From positions 62,001 through 126,000 of IMG/VR virus record IMGVR_UViG_3300033143_006101: a stretch of 64,000 nucleotides of DNA; one strand, written 5' to 3'. Of the stretch, positions 41,626 to 54,098 are shown piece by piece. The notes under the pieces were generated by a model. It did no database searches. It had not been told where the DNA came from and saw only the letters and a program-made list of their open reading frames with translations. Within the stretch, counting starts at the first letter, position 1; each line of letters starts with the position of its first letter. Made by a program: the position numbers and the translations under genes.

Positions 41626-42081
41626 GTGAGTAAGTATACACAGTTACATGACTCAATTACCAAAAATATAGAAAAGCATGGTTGGAATATCATCTTTGTT
41701 TTCTCACCTGAAGGAGAAGAAGGTATTGCCTATGCTTATACTATAGGAATGAGACAGACTTGTGATCATCCTGATTTAATATTATCTGGGTTACCATATG
41801 AAACTGCAGGAATAATCTTAAATCATATTGGTAAAGATATTAAGGAAGGTTTACAACTAACACACGGTGAAGAGCTACCTGGATATCTTGGTGACAATTA
41901 CAAGATAAAGGTGGTTAAGGTAGATGTTTTAAAATATCAACAGGTTATCCTACAATGCATGAATTACTATGAGGACAGAGACGTTGATCCTAGAGACATA
42001 GAATTCTTTCAGATAGTATGGCCTGATAAAGATGGGGAGTATGATACAACCCATCCTAAATTGCAAGATTTATTTATGTAA
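41626..42081 (+). CDS. DUF4262-like protein
   Basis: IEKHGWNIIFV...YAYTIGM...HPDLI.SGL...QIVWPDKDG.Y. Confidence 0.8.
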   Translation: MSKYTQLHDSITKNIEKHGWNIIFVFSPEGEEGIAYAYTIGMRQTCDHPDLILSGLPYETAGIILNHIGKDIKEGLQLTHGEELPGYLGDNYKIKVVKVDVLKYQQVILQCMNYYEDRDVDPRDIEFFQIVWPDKDGEYDTTHPKLQDLFM

Positions 42082-43409
42082 TAAATTAAGCTTGTTCTCT
42101 GAAGAACAGGCTCAATTTATTATAGGAGGTAGTGGATGTTATTAATAGTAATCTTTATCAGTTTAATTATAATAGGCATAGTTCTTCGTGTGAATAATAA
42201 ACAGCTTGAACCTTTACACACATTAGGAGAGGTTATTTGGATGTTGTTTATAATATTGTTAGCAATCTTGTTGATTGCACTACCATTTATACGGTATGGT
42301 TTTAAGACAGATGTGATAGCACATCAGGAGATGTTGAATACTGTTGACGACTATCGTAAGAGTGGAGATAATATTGAAAGAGTTGCGGTTGCTACAACTA
42401 TTATAGAACAGAATAGTAAGATAGCATGGATACAATTCTTAGAAAAGGATTGGCCTTTCCTTTTTGATATATTTATACCTGATGAGTACATGGTAATAAC
42501 ACCTATACGTATAAACGAGTAAACTGATGCTTGCCTTCGGGTAAGCATGAATTTATTCAGGAGGTATCATGGGAGATAAAAGTACGACGACTAGAAAATT
42601 TACAGGCAAAGTCAGAGAGACTAAAGATTCTTATGTAGTAGAAGAAAAGACTGGTCCGAACTCTATACATATGCATGAACCAGGATATTCAATAGATGAA
42701 GAATTATCACACTTTGATGGTAAGAATATAAAGGTAAAACTTATCATAGAAATAGAAGAGATTGAATAAGGTTTAAGCTTGGGCTAACCCAAGCTTAAGT
42801 TTTATAGGAGGTAGTTATGTCTAACTATAACAAGTATTACAAAGAGATTAGTGAATGGAATTGGGACGATATTGTACATTCTGCAAGAGCTAATCCTCAT
42901 GAAGATGATGATGATAACATCAAAGGGTATGAGCTTCTAGGTACTGTTATGTGCCTAGCACCGAGTAGAAAATATTATACTCCTATTGCTTGTTCCAATG
43001 TAACAGAGGAAGAAGCCAACGAAGACGCGGAGTATATGAAAGCTCTTGAGAAAATTGCTGAAGAATATGGTGGCTGGATTGAAGAAGGCCAGGGAGATCC
43101 ATGTAATGTATTATTTGTCTTAATGATTGTAGATAGTAGCTGGAAGGATTTGGTATATGAACCAGATACTTTTACTGAGAGCTACAAAGTATGGTATAAA
43201 GATAGTGAATATTCTGTACTTATTACTAATGATCCTGAGAATAAACCAGAAACAATAACTGTTTTTAAAGACGGGAAACAGTTAGAGTGGCATGATCCTG
43301 AAGGGGATGAAGTCTACACAGCATTTATTAAGAACAGATATAACAAGGTGACAATATAACTTGATGCTTGTCCCGTTGGACAGGCATGAATTTATTTAAG
43401 GAGGCAACA

Positions 43410-43760
43410 ATGAAGAATTATGCGTCAGTAACTGTTGAAGGTTTTATTGTAAAGGACTTGGAACTTAATAAGACCAAGTCAGATAAGAGTGTGGTACACT
43501 TTACCATAGCAGTTAATCATTATTCTAGAGACAAGGATAATCCTAAGGTATCTTTTATAGATATCGATGCATGGAATAATCTTGCTAAGCAATGCCATGA
43601 ACATTGTGGCAAAGGTTCAAGAGTAATGGTGATTGGTGAGTTACGCCAGGATAGATGGGAAGGACAGGATGGCAAGATGAGATCAAAGGTTAAGGTTGTT
43701 GCATCTGATGTTCGTTTTCTGTCAGTCAAAGCACCTGCACACAAAGTTAAGTCTGCATGA
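43410..43760 (+). CDS. ssb: Single-stranded DNA-binding protein without acidic C-terminal tail
   Basis: VTVEGFIVKDLEL..T.S...V.HFTIAVN...FID.DAWNNLA.....GKGSRV.V.GELRQDRWE..DG..RSKVKVVA..V.FL. Confidence 0.92.
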   Translation: MKNYASVTVEGFIVKDLELNKTKSDKSVVHFTIAVNHYSRDKDNPKVSFIDIDAWNNLAKQCHEHCGKGSRVMVIGELRQDRWEGQDGKMRSKVKVVASDVRFLSVKAPAHKVKSA

Positions 43761-44488
43761 TGACTTACAGGAATCCTTAATAGGATTCCCGCATGTTATT
43801 ATAGGAGGTATTAATGTCTAGAGATAACAATAGAACTGTCCGTTATGGCACAGCTGTATCATCTATGTGTTTAACAATGGACATATTAAACAAAGAGAAT
43901 AAGGTATCAGCTTTTACTGCATCTTTAATCATAGGCAACATTTTTAATTATCCTAAAGAGGAAGTGTTTAATGATATTATTGATTGTAGAAAAGCAATGA
44001 TAGAATTAAAAAGATAACTGTTTGCCTAGCACTTACAGAGTGTTGGGTTAATTATTATAGGAGGTACTATGAAGTATTTTAAATGCTATGAAACATGTAT
44101 AGCGGATGACGATTTCTTACATTTCTATACACCGGATGAAGCATTACAATTCGTTAAAGATTTCTTCTTTCCGGAGGACACATCTTACCATAAAGACTAT
44201 GTTGATAAATACGATCAACAACCTCATGAAGCATATGAAGATAGTGTAATTGAATCTGAAAAGACAAAATCAGATTTACCTATCAATTGTTTTATAGATG
44301 CATGTCTACTTATTTATGGTTTTGATGTAACATTAGTAGACTTGGATAGAGAACCATACCACATGTATAGAAGAAATAAGAATACAGATATGTGGATGAT
44401 GGAGAATCCAGATGAGTAGAATACTTAAGCCAGTTCTATTATAGAATTGGCTTAAGTCTTTTAGCATATTTTATTAAGGAGGTATTTT

Positions 44489-45583
44489 ATGCAAAGTACA
44501 TACGGTACTTTAGCTGAGTTCGCACAGGACATCGAGCAATTAGATGCTAAGAAAAATGATGTGATAGCTTGCAACAACAGCTACCGCATGGTTGGTGATG
44601 ATTCAATAGAAATCGATGGAGAACATGGTGGTGTGTTTCCATTATCTAACAATGCCGCGTCACAAGTAGCAACGTATTTGGACATACCATACAAATATTG
44701 GAAGAAGATTTTAGACATACCTGATCTTCTAACTACCAATATCAATGCCTTGTTACAGGCTAAACCGGAAGAGAAGCGTTTCCTGAGAACATGGAAAGAT
44801 CCAGAAGGGAACGAAGAGAATAGGATGAGAGCATTGCTCAGTGATTCCTATCGTCCTTATGACCATGCTCTTTATCTCTCTGCTGCATTTCCAGTATTGA
44901 GAGAGTTCCCTAACATTGAGGTTAAGAGTTATGCTCTTACCGAAGCCCGCTTCTATCTTCAAGCAGTATTCCCAACACTTACTGCTGAGATTCGACCTGG
45001 CGAAACAGTAGCTAAAGGAGTAACTTTTCGTAACTCTGAAATAGGGAGAGGTTACTATGATATCTTGGACATGGTCTGGGAATATATATGTAGTAACGGT
45101 ATGATTGGTGAATCTATTCTTCGTAAGAGACACGTTGGATCCAAACTTGATATTGATGGTGAGGATGTAAGTGTCTATGCAGATGAGACTATTGAAGCCG
45201 ACATCACTGCTCTGTCTCTTAAGATAAGAGATACATTGACAGCCGCATTAAGTGAAGCTGCATTCGACCAACAGTTGAGTGTGCTTAAAGAAGCTGCAGA
45301 AGATGATTTCTCTAAGAGGAAGTCTAAGCAGATTGTTACTAATGTAACCAAGAAGTATTCTTTCCTGAGTGAAGATGATGGGGAGATGATTCGAGATAAT
45401 CTGGTAGGCAAAGGTGATTTCTCTCGCTATGGTTTGATGAGTGCCATTACTGCTCTTGCTCATGAGATAGATGATCGTGACAAGCAGTATGATCTGGAAC
45501 GAACAGGTCATAAGATAATAACTCTCAATCCTTCCGAATGGAAAGTTATTAAGGAGACTAAAATTAAGACTAAGGCTGCATAA
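44489..45583 (+). CDS. DUF932-family phage protein
   Basis: RALLSDSYRPYD, FRNSEIG.G, CSNGMI. Confidence 0.7.
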   Translation: MQSTYGTLAEFAQDIEQLDAKKNDVIACNNSYRMVGDDSIEIDGEHGGVFPLSNNAASQVATYLDIPYKYWKKILDIPDLLTTNINALLQAKPEEKRFLRTWKDPEGNEENRMRALLSDSYRPYDHALYLSAAFPVLREFPNIEVKSYALTEARFYLQAVFPTLTAEIRPGETVAKGVTFRNSEIGRGYYDILDMVWEYICSNGMIGESILRKRHVGSKLDIDGEDVSVYADETIEADITALSLKIRDTLTAALSEAAFDQQLSVLKEAAEDDFSKRKSKQIVTNVTKKYSFLSEDDGEMIRDNLVGKGDFSRYGLMSAITALAHEIDDRDKQYDLERTGHKIITLNPSEWKVIKETKIKTKAA

Positions 45584-45920
45584 GACCTTGGATAGCTGGC
45601 TACTTTGGTAGCCAGTGTTCCAATGTTTTAATAGGAGGTAAGTATGGGAACTAGAACTGCAAGAGTTGTCGTACTATTTAGATATCATTCTCATTTGAAA
45701 AAGCGAGTAGAAGTTCCAGCTGAATTAGATGATACAGCAGGCAAGAAGTACGCTGAGAAATCAGTACTCGATCTATTAAAGAAAGCTGATCCTAAACAGG
45801 TGGAACATATTGTTTCTATTGTAGCATATGATATAGATAAGAGAAAAGAAGAAGATGATACTGGTTTGCACTAAATTTAGAGAGTAAAGCAGAGGGAATC
45901 GAACCTTTTAAGGAGGGAGA

Positions 45921-46100
45921 ATGGGATTAGATGAACCAAATGCAGATTACACTTTGTGTAAAGATGACAGGAAAGAGATTCATTGGAATGTATGCAAGCA
46001 CTTTGTTAAGGATACATTATACTATTGTAATCTTAAGAAAGGGATGCTATGTCCTGCTCATAAAGAGGCCAATGATTTTATACAGAAGTCTGAGAAGTAG
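45921..46100 (+). CDS. Small Cys-containing protein (real frame differs from track ORF 45931)
   Basis: SD aaggaggg before ATG 45921: MGLDEPNADYTLCKDDRKEIHWNVCKHF...CPAHKEANDFIQKSEK. Confidence 0.55.
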   Translation: MGLDEPNADYTLCKDDRKEIHWNVCKHFVKDTLYYCNLKKGMLCPAHKEANDFIQKSEK

Positions 46101-49100
46101 GGCTTCTGTGTAAGTTTATTAAGGAGGGATCCATGATAGAAAGACAAGCAGTTGTCATATTCAATGATGGAAAGGATTTCTATTGCAGAGTAGTACGAGA
46201 TATTAAATGGAGAGACAGTCCTGTTGAAACAACAGGGGCTGTTCGTATAAAAAATAAACAAGTACCTGTTCGCTATGATCCCAAGAATAATATATGGAGA
46301 GAAATACATAAAATGTTTTGGGAACCAATAAAAGGATTTGGAACTGAATATGAATAAGTTTACTCCAGCTACATAGTTGGAGTAAGTTTATTAAGGAGGT
46401 AACATGAAGAATATATTAGTACAGTATAAAGGCGGGGGCTATGATGGATGCTTCTGGGAATGGAATTACTTTGCGATTGATAAGCAAGGTAAGTTTCATG
46501 ACGTAGCCTCAAGTGGGCATAATGGTATCACTGAAGAGGCAGATGCTTTAGCCTGTATAAAAGAACAAGCTAGAGGTACATATATCTATGACTTGAATAC
46601 AGATGCTGACATCAGAGAGTTCCAAGCTGCATGTAATGCCGGTCATGTGATTGGTGTTATAGATAAAGTGAATGAGCTTATTGGTGATGGCATAGACATC
46701 ACTCCATTGTATTGGTTCTGTGATCATTGTAATACAAAGATGGAAGGTGGTGGTCATGGCTGTGACCATTTAGGTTGTGGTGGAGTTGCAATACAAGATA
46801 ATACAAAAATATGTAACAACTGTTATCCTGATTATGATTGTTAATGATAGAAGCAAGTTCTAATAGGGCTTGCTTATGCTTTTAACAGGAGGTAACGTAT
46901 GGAAATTGAAAGAAAACAGACCATTACTTATCGTTGGTGGAATAGTGATGCAGTACAGCTTAACTCTGAACACCTTGAGTATTTAGACGAGGAAGCTTTA
47001 GATCACATTCACAAAATGTTACGTGATGGTTACACCAGCGGTGAGCTACACAAAGAGCTTGCAATCGATAGTAATTTGTATGACTTTCAAGGCTGGTGGG
47101 AAGTTGCTACGAAAACAACAAAGAATGAGGAGTAGTTTATGAACTTAATATTTAATGACAAAGATGTTCGTAAGAGAATATACAAGGACATTAAAGAACT
47201 GCATGAGTTTCTGGAAGATGATAAAACTTATCATCAATATCTGAAGAGCCTTGCAATGGCAGTAGAAATAATAAGGAGGTCTACACTTTAATGAAATCAA
47301 CAACATTAGTAGAAGTAAAGGATCCAGGTAAAGATTATACAATCTTTTATATAAAACCTAAAGCATCCTTTCAAATTAGCAAACTTCAAGCAAAGAATTA
47401 TCTTAAAGATGCTCGTCGTACATTAGATGAGATGTCTAAAGATTTTAATCCAGTAGGTATTAATTCTTTGCTTGGTGCTCTTGTCTATGAACATATAGGC
47501 AAAGGATATAATGGTAAAGAAAACAAGTAGTTAAAATACCTTATCCTATTATTAGGATGAGGTATTTTAATTGATTGGAGATACTATGATAGTTAAAAAA
47601 ATTACTACTGGTTTTGTTATACAAACCTATGATACTGAAACAGGATACTGCATAGAACAAAACTTTAGTGCAGGAGATATCGTAGAATATGAAGATGAAC
47701 AAGGTGAGCCTGTTGATTGGCATGAAGGTAAAGATGCTTATCAACCATTTGATATGGTACAACCAAAACTCCAAGTATCTGAAGAACCAGAAGTAAAAAT
47801 TAATGATTGGAATGTAGTAAGGGATGAAGAAACAAGAGATCGAGTTAGTAGAAGCAATTACTCACGAGAAGTAGAGATAGAAGGAACATTTGAATATGAT
47901 AATAGAGAAGAAAAATTTAAGTAGTCTTACTCTGTCACATGTGATAATGGTGGTGGAGGAATAGATGAAGTAGATGGAACATATTTTACTGAAGAAGAGT
48001 TAGATATGATCTATGATTGGTTTAGTAATAATACTGACCAATGGTATTTTGAAATTTAACTTTAAGCTGTACTGTTATAATGGTACAACTTAAATTTAAA
48101 CAGGAGGTAACTAATGAAAGCATATCTTGGAGACTATGTCGTAACTAAATCACACGAGCATAGAGGAAGAGTTACAGGAATTGATCATATATTTGGAGAA
48201 ACTGGTGAAAGCGAAGCATGGTTTCAAGGACAACAACCACCACGAGATGAATCTACCAAAGAAGAAAAATGGTATTCTATTCTATGTGCTAACGACAATG
48301 GTTCTGTTGTAGTTCCAGAGAGTGATCTTCTTAAACTGGAAGAACCGTATGCTTTAAATAATATTTGGGAAGTTGACTACTTTCGAGATGCGAAGTAATA
48401 TTATGCCTGTCTTCGGTCAGGCACAATATTATTTAGGAGGTAATATGAGTTATACAGTAAATCAAGCGAAGAATAAACTTAAACATATTCTTGATAATAC
48501 ACATGTTCATGATGATATGGCAGATGTTATGAATAGTCTTCAAGAAGTATATGACATGCTTGATGATCCTAACGAAGGATTTTTACAATGGAGTGCTGAC
48601 GATTTCATTGACTTAGCTAAACAACAGAGCAGATACATTTCTGAGGAGAAAGCCCAAGAAGCCCTCAGGCATATGATAAGAAAACATGATTGTACTCTAG
48701 GTATTACTTGGGATACATTAAGTTGTTATCTTGATGAGTATGCTGAAGGTGAACTCTGGGAATGTTATGATTGTAAAGAGTTTATACCTGAACCTGATTT
48801 AGATTTAGATAATGAAGATGAAACTTGTCCTCATTGTAAGTCAAGAAGAATCAGAAAGTATGAAGATGATGAAGATTGATGCTTGCCTCATGGCAGGCAT
48901 GAATTTTTATAGGAGGTAATTATGTGGAAATGTAAAATAGGTTTACATGATTATAGAACCATACATAGACTTAGATGTAAAGCTTTAATGGGAACAGGGT
49001 TATGCTCTTCTCCAATTAAAGTACCATCAACTACTATTATTAAAAGATGTACTCTTTGTGGTAAAGAGATAGCTATACTAACTAATGGTTTAACATCTAA

Positions 49101-49579
49101 TAAAGTAGATAGAGAATATGTAAGAGTACATTCTGGTATATAAATCTTACATTAGACCATAAGGTTCGGTATAAGATTTAATAGGAGGTAACACATGGCA
49201 GAGAAATATATAATAATGGATAACAACGGAATTATCTATGACGGAAATGAAGATGAGATGACAGCTACTTTTGAAGCAATGGCAAGCGGTAAAAATGATG
49301 AACATCTTTGTGGATGGGAAGGTGATCTTGTTTTAGTTAAAGAAATAAAAAGATGGAGGTAGTTAATGAATACATATGAAATACAAGTTTGTAGAACATA
49401 TTACGCTTTGGCAATTATAGAAGTTGAGGCACACACTGAAGAAGAAGCTAAAACAATAGCATTAGATCATGTTGAGGATTTTGGTGATATACAATGTGAA
49501 GATCCTGATGTAGTAATAAGCTGTAGTGAAATTCCAGATGAAGATTGATGCTTGCCAATGGCAAGCATGAGTTTTTATC

Positions 49580-49608
49580 TTGACATATCTATGTATCAAT
49601 TTTATGAT
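49580..49608 (+). promoter_or_regulatory. Sigma70-type promoter in front of an HNH gene
   Basis: TTGACA-17-TATGAT. Confidence 0.7.
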
Positions 49609-49635
49609 GTACAATAGATGTTCTTAGGAGGTTAT

Positions 49636-50097
49636 ATGAAACAAGGAAGCAAGGAAATTAAATATGAAGTAGATGAAAAAACTGGTTGTCATATATGCAC
49701 TTCTCATAAACCAAATAGTAATGGGTATCCTCTCATCCAAAGAAATGGAAAATCCCAACATCTACATAGATACATTTACGAACAAAAACACGGAAGTTTA
49801 TCAAAAAATCTAGTAGTTAGACACACTTGTGATACCTCAAAATGTATCAATATAAAACATTTAAAAGTTGGTACTCAATATGACAATATAAAAGACAGAT
49901 GCAAAAGAAAAAGAACAGCCAAAGGAGAAAAGAGTGGGAAATCAAAACTAACAAAACAACAAGTTATAGAAATAAAAAAAAGACTTCTCAACTATCAATG
50001 GGGAGATGATATTAGGATAGCAAAAGACTATAACGTTGACCGTAGTTGCATCAATAATATCAAGAATGGTCGCACATGGAAACATTTGAATTTGTAA
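49636..50097 (+). CDS. HNH homing endonuclease with C-terminal DNA-binding domain
   Basis: HRYIYE...VRHTCD...CINIKHL..GT..DN..D; GEK...SKLT. Confidence 0.88.
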   Translation: MKQGSKEIKYEVDEKTGCHICTSHKPNSNGYPLIQRNGKSQHLHRYIYEQKHGSLSKNLVVRHTCDTSKCINIKHLKVGTQYDNIKDRCKRKRTAKGEKSGKSKLTKQQVIEIKKRLLNYQWGDDIRIAKDYNVDRSCINNIKNGRTWKHLNL

Positions 50098-50591
50098 TAT
50101 TGTTAATAATTAACAGCCTTACAAGTTCAAAAATTTGGAGGTAACAATGAACATTACATTTGAAACTGAAGTTTACTTTACTGTCAAAGTTAAAGTAACA
50201 CACTATACTCCCTATCGTCCAGCTCCATTTTGTTCTAACCACGACAGCCCTAACTTTGCTGATTCTGGAGATGACTTGGAGATTGAATATGATGCAACAG
50301 TTATTATGTATAAACAAGAGACTGATCCTAAAACTATGAAGACTACACAAGTTAAGGTAAAAGAATTCCCTTTACCTGATGAAATGTATGAAGTTTTAGA
50401 AGCACAGTTAAGTGAAGAAGCTATTCATGAAGCTGAATTATACAATGATATGCAACATGAAACTGCAATGGATGATAAATTTGAATCCATGAAAGATAGA
50501 TAGTTTAACTTTGGATCCATAGTTCTTGAATAGAACTATGGCTCAAGGGCTAAACCTAATGGTCTTATAAATCTTTAAAGGAGGAAAGGTT

Positions 50592-50834
50592 ATGCCTAAC
50601 CCAACAATGTCTGAGCTGAAGGCTCTTCACTCTACTCTTGGTGAAATGTCCATTAAAACTGTCGATTCTATGTCGCCAGGGCTTAGTGGTACCTTCATGA
50701 AGTTTTACTCTGAATTGAGTAAGACTGTTAATGGAAAGAAAAGAGGTAGAACAAGAAGAGCTCAAAAACCTACTAGTAGGCGAACTACTAGAAGGAAGAC
50801 AAGCACAAGAACTAAGGCTAAAACAAAAGCTTAA
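50592..50834 (+). CDS. Small protein with highly basic R/K/T tail
   Basis: C-terminus KKRGRTRRAQKPTSRRTTRRKTSTRTKAKTKA. Confidence 0.6.
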   Translation: MPNPTMSELKALHSTLGEMSIKTVDSMSPGLSGTFMKFYSELSKTVNGKKRGRTRRAQKPTSRRTTRRKTSTRTKAKTKA

Positions 50835-52009
50835 GTAACCTCGCCCCTGTTCTTAACTGGACAGGGGCAAGTTTATTTTAGGAGGTAATTTATGTACTAT
50901 GATATTAATGTTTCTAAGAATGGTAAGCATTATTTTGCAACAGATGAAAGATCAGCAACTACTCTTGATGAAACAACAGAGTTAGTAAATAAATTCAGAG
51001 AATGTTTTCCTAAAGAAGATGATTATGAAATAAGTGTAACCTTCTGGAAGAAAATAGGAGAGACAGTAGAGATATGAAAATAATACATTTAATAATAAGA
51101 GCTAAGAATCATGCTATTAAAGTTCCGGTAAAGCTACTGGTCTCTGATTTTGAGACAGTAGAAAAAGTAGCACACGATTACATTCGAAGTCATCCTGTTT
51201 GGATAAAGAAGATGTTCTCGACTACTTAGTTAAAGTATCTATTCTTGAGAGAGTAGATACTGAAGAGAAAGAGTTAGTATTAGAATAGTTTTATGTCTGC
51301 TCTTAAGCAGACACAAGATTATTTTTTATGGGGGTAATGATGAGTAGATTTATTGAACTACACAATCAAGAATTTGAATCGAGCTCAGTAGCTACTGAGC
51401 AATGGAATGAGTTTTATAAAGTAGCCGTAAAATACTTTAAAAGAATATTCAAATCTATTACTACACACGTCAAAATGAGTAAAAGTCACTTCTACTTTAG
51501 TGGATTCTTCACTACTAACTCAGGGAATGTATATTATTTTAGCATACCTGATGTTCGCTGGAGTGATGGGCAACTTCTTATTAGAAGGGCCGAAGACTAT
51601 CATGATTATACTGGTGGAGTGAATATGTATATTACTATAAATGACAATCTTCAAGAAAGTATAGCAAATAAAGTAATGTAAAGATTTAAGCCTGTGGGTT
51701 GTTGGATCCAACAGGCTTAAGTTTTTAATTAAGGAGGTAATTATATAATGGAGATATCTATTGAATATGGTAAGGGTAGTTATCCAACACTTACTGTTAA
51801 TATGCCAAACAGAAGTATATTAAATGATATGAATGCAATGTGTAGAGAATTAAAAAATACATATGGATTAATTAAATGGAAAATATTGTATGATGCTTTG
51901 CGTTTATATTATATTAAAACAAATAAAGAAAATGATATATTAGTAATAGATTAAATAGTTTTGTGTCTGCTTTTAAGCAGGCACAAGATTATTTTAAGGA
52001 GGTACAGAT

Positions 52010-52933
52010 TTGGGATGGACACAAACAAATTGGACTAAAGGAACCAAGATAATAGATTGGTTTAAAGAAAGCTATACTCATGAGAATGAGAACATCAAGC
52101 AGACCGTCCTTGATGCAGCTTTAGTACATAGAAAACATGCTTATGCCGCAATAGAACAAGTAATCAAAGAGACTGGAGAGCGTAACGTAACTTGTGCTAC
52201 AGTTCTTATGAGCTGGACACGAGGTTACCACTACAACTTCTGGTACAAAGACATGGACGAAACATGTGGACCGATTATGCATGATTGTCCTGAACGTATC
52301 ATGAAGCTCCTCACTCCTATAGCTAAACCAGAGAATAAAGATTCTGGTAAGCAATGGGCAAGGAATTGGAGAGCAAAGAACTGGAAAGAGATACGTAAGC
52401 GAAAGCGTAACAGACGCAAAGGTGGACAGTTTAAAGTTGGTGACACTGTAGTATTCAGAAGACCAATGCAGTTTTCTAATGGTACTGAACGCAAAGAGCT
52501 GAAGGTAAAATCTACTAGGCCATTACGATTTACAGATGGTACTTGTAATGACTTTGGTTTTGAAGCAAGCTATAAGATCAAGAGAGCAACTATTGATTGT
52601 ATGCTTGAGAAGATTATACCAGCCAGTAAACCACACGAACCTGAAGTAATTGAGTATGACACAAAAGATTGTCCTATCTATATTGATGATTTTGATCATG
52701 AACATAAAATATTAGGATGGGCTAGTGGTATGCCTAGATCAAACTGGGAATGGTATGCTACTAAATGTGTTGATAAAAAAGAACAAATCTATTATGGTTT
52801 TGTGATGGGATTCGAATATGAGTGGGGTACTTTTTCAGTAAAAGAACTTACGGAATTAGGTATCCGTTTCATAACTAATCCAGAAGAATTAAATCAGATT
52901 ATGCCTCCCCCTAAATGGCGGAAGGTATCATGA
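52010..52933 (+). CDS. DUF6927-like plus DUF2958-like fusion
   Basis: YKDMDETCGP..HDCPERI.KLLT...WARNWR; WEWYAT...YYGFV.GFE.EWGTFS..EL. Confidence 0.6.
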   Translation: MGWTQTNWTKGTKIIDWFKESYTHENENIKQTVLDAALVHRKHAYAAIEQVIKETGERNVTCATVLMSWTRGYHYNFWYKDMDETCGPIMHDCPERIMKLLTPIAKPENKDSGKQWARNWRAKNWKEIRKRKRNRRKGGQFKVGDTVVFRRPMQFSNGTERKELKVKSTRPLRFTDGTCNDFGFEASYKIKRATIDCMLEKIIPASKPHEPEVIEYDTKDCPIYIDDFDHEHKILGWASGMPRSNWEWYATKCVDKKEQIYYGFVMGFEYEWGTFSVKELTELGIRFITNPEELNQIMPPPKWRKVS

Positions 52934-52977
52934 GGTTAGCCCACAAAGTGGGCTTTCCTGATGGTAAGGAGAATTAG

Positions 52978-53463
52978 ATGAAAGAATATATTCTATTTGA
53001 AAGGGTGAATGGTGGGAAAGCTGTTAAATATAGAATCAATAAAAATGGTTGTTGGGTTTGTACTTCTCATTCTTGTGGGACATCTACATACCCTAATTTC
53101 AAAAGAGAAAAAAAGTATATGTTAATACATAGATATGTATATTTAAAATTAAAAGGAGAGATTCCTAAAGGGCTGTTTGTTTGCCATCGTTGTGATAATA
53201 CTAAATGTCTCAATCCAAACCATTTATTTCTCGGAACGCATAACGATAACATGAAAGATAGAAATAAAAAAGGTAGACAAAATAGACCTGTGGGTGACAA
53301 AAATCCTTCTGCTAAACTTACAACCAAACAAGTTGTAAGTATTAAGAAAGATTTAGCAAAAGGTATTAGTTATAAACAGTTAGCTTTGCAACATAATGTT
53401 ACAGCAACTTGTATTCAATACATTAAGAAAGGAAAAAGTTGGGAACATATTAAAATTTATTAA
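52978..53463 (+). CDS. HNH homing endonuclease, same family as 49636
   Basis: IHRYVY...VCHRCDNTKCLNPNHLFLGTHNDNMKD; GDKNPSAKLT. Confidence 0.9.
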   Translation: MKEYILFERVNGGKAVKYRINKNGCWVCTSHSCGTSTYPNFKREKKYMLIHRYVYLKLKGEIPKGLFVCHRCDNTKCLNPNHLFLGTHNDNMKDRNKKGRQNRPVGDKNPSAKLTTKQVVSIKKDLAKGISYKQLALQHNVTATCIQYIKKGKSWEHIKIY

Positions 53464-53473
53464 GGAGGAGTAC

Positions 53474-53671
53474 ATGGCTAAAACAAAAAATAAAAGACCT
53501 AAGGCAGTAGAAGACGAGCATCTTAAATTTCTGAATGACCTTAGAGAATCCAATACAACCAACATGATGGCTGGACCGCAGTATTTACAAAGTGCGTTCG
53601 GCCTGAATAGGGCTGAAGCTAAGGAAGTATTCTTCTACTGGACAAGAACTTTTGGACAGAAAGACAGATAG
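53474..53671 (+). CDS. Small conserved phage protein
   Basis: FLNDLRES..TNMM...YLQ..FGL...EA..V..YW; SD aggagg before ATG 53474. Confidence 0.6.
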   Translation: MAKTKNKRPKAVEDEHLKFLNDLRESNTTNMMAGPQYLQSAFGLNRAEAKEVFFYWTRTFGQKDR

Positions 53672-54098
53672 ATTGAAGCCTGCTAATTGGTAGGCTTGAG
53701 TTTATTGAGTAAGCTGAGAGGGTGTCGAACCCTAAACAGCATTGGAGGTAGTTATGAAACCATTTAAACACAAGGCTGACTACAAAAATGTCATAGATAA
53801 CTATGTTGAATCAATGGATGAAGTATGTCCTAACCCTCAATGCAAGAGTAATGACATTGATGGGGGCTATCCTAAGCTAAGCGAGTCTGCCAATGAATTA
53901 TATTTGGACAGACAATGCTGTGTATGTGGTACATCATGGAGAGAATACTACAAAATGTATGACGTAGAACTCCGGGATGAAAAAGGTAACCTTATTGACC
54001 TCAATGATCTAACTTGAACCAACAGGAAAACAGATAGATTGAAACTTTACCCCGAGTAGCATTATGCTATTCAGGGTAAATTTTTATAGGAGGAACAC

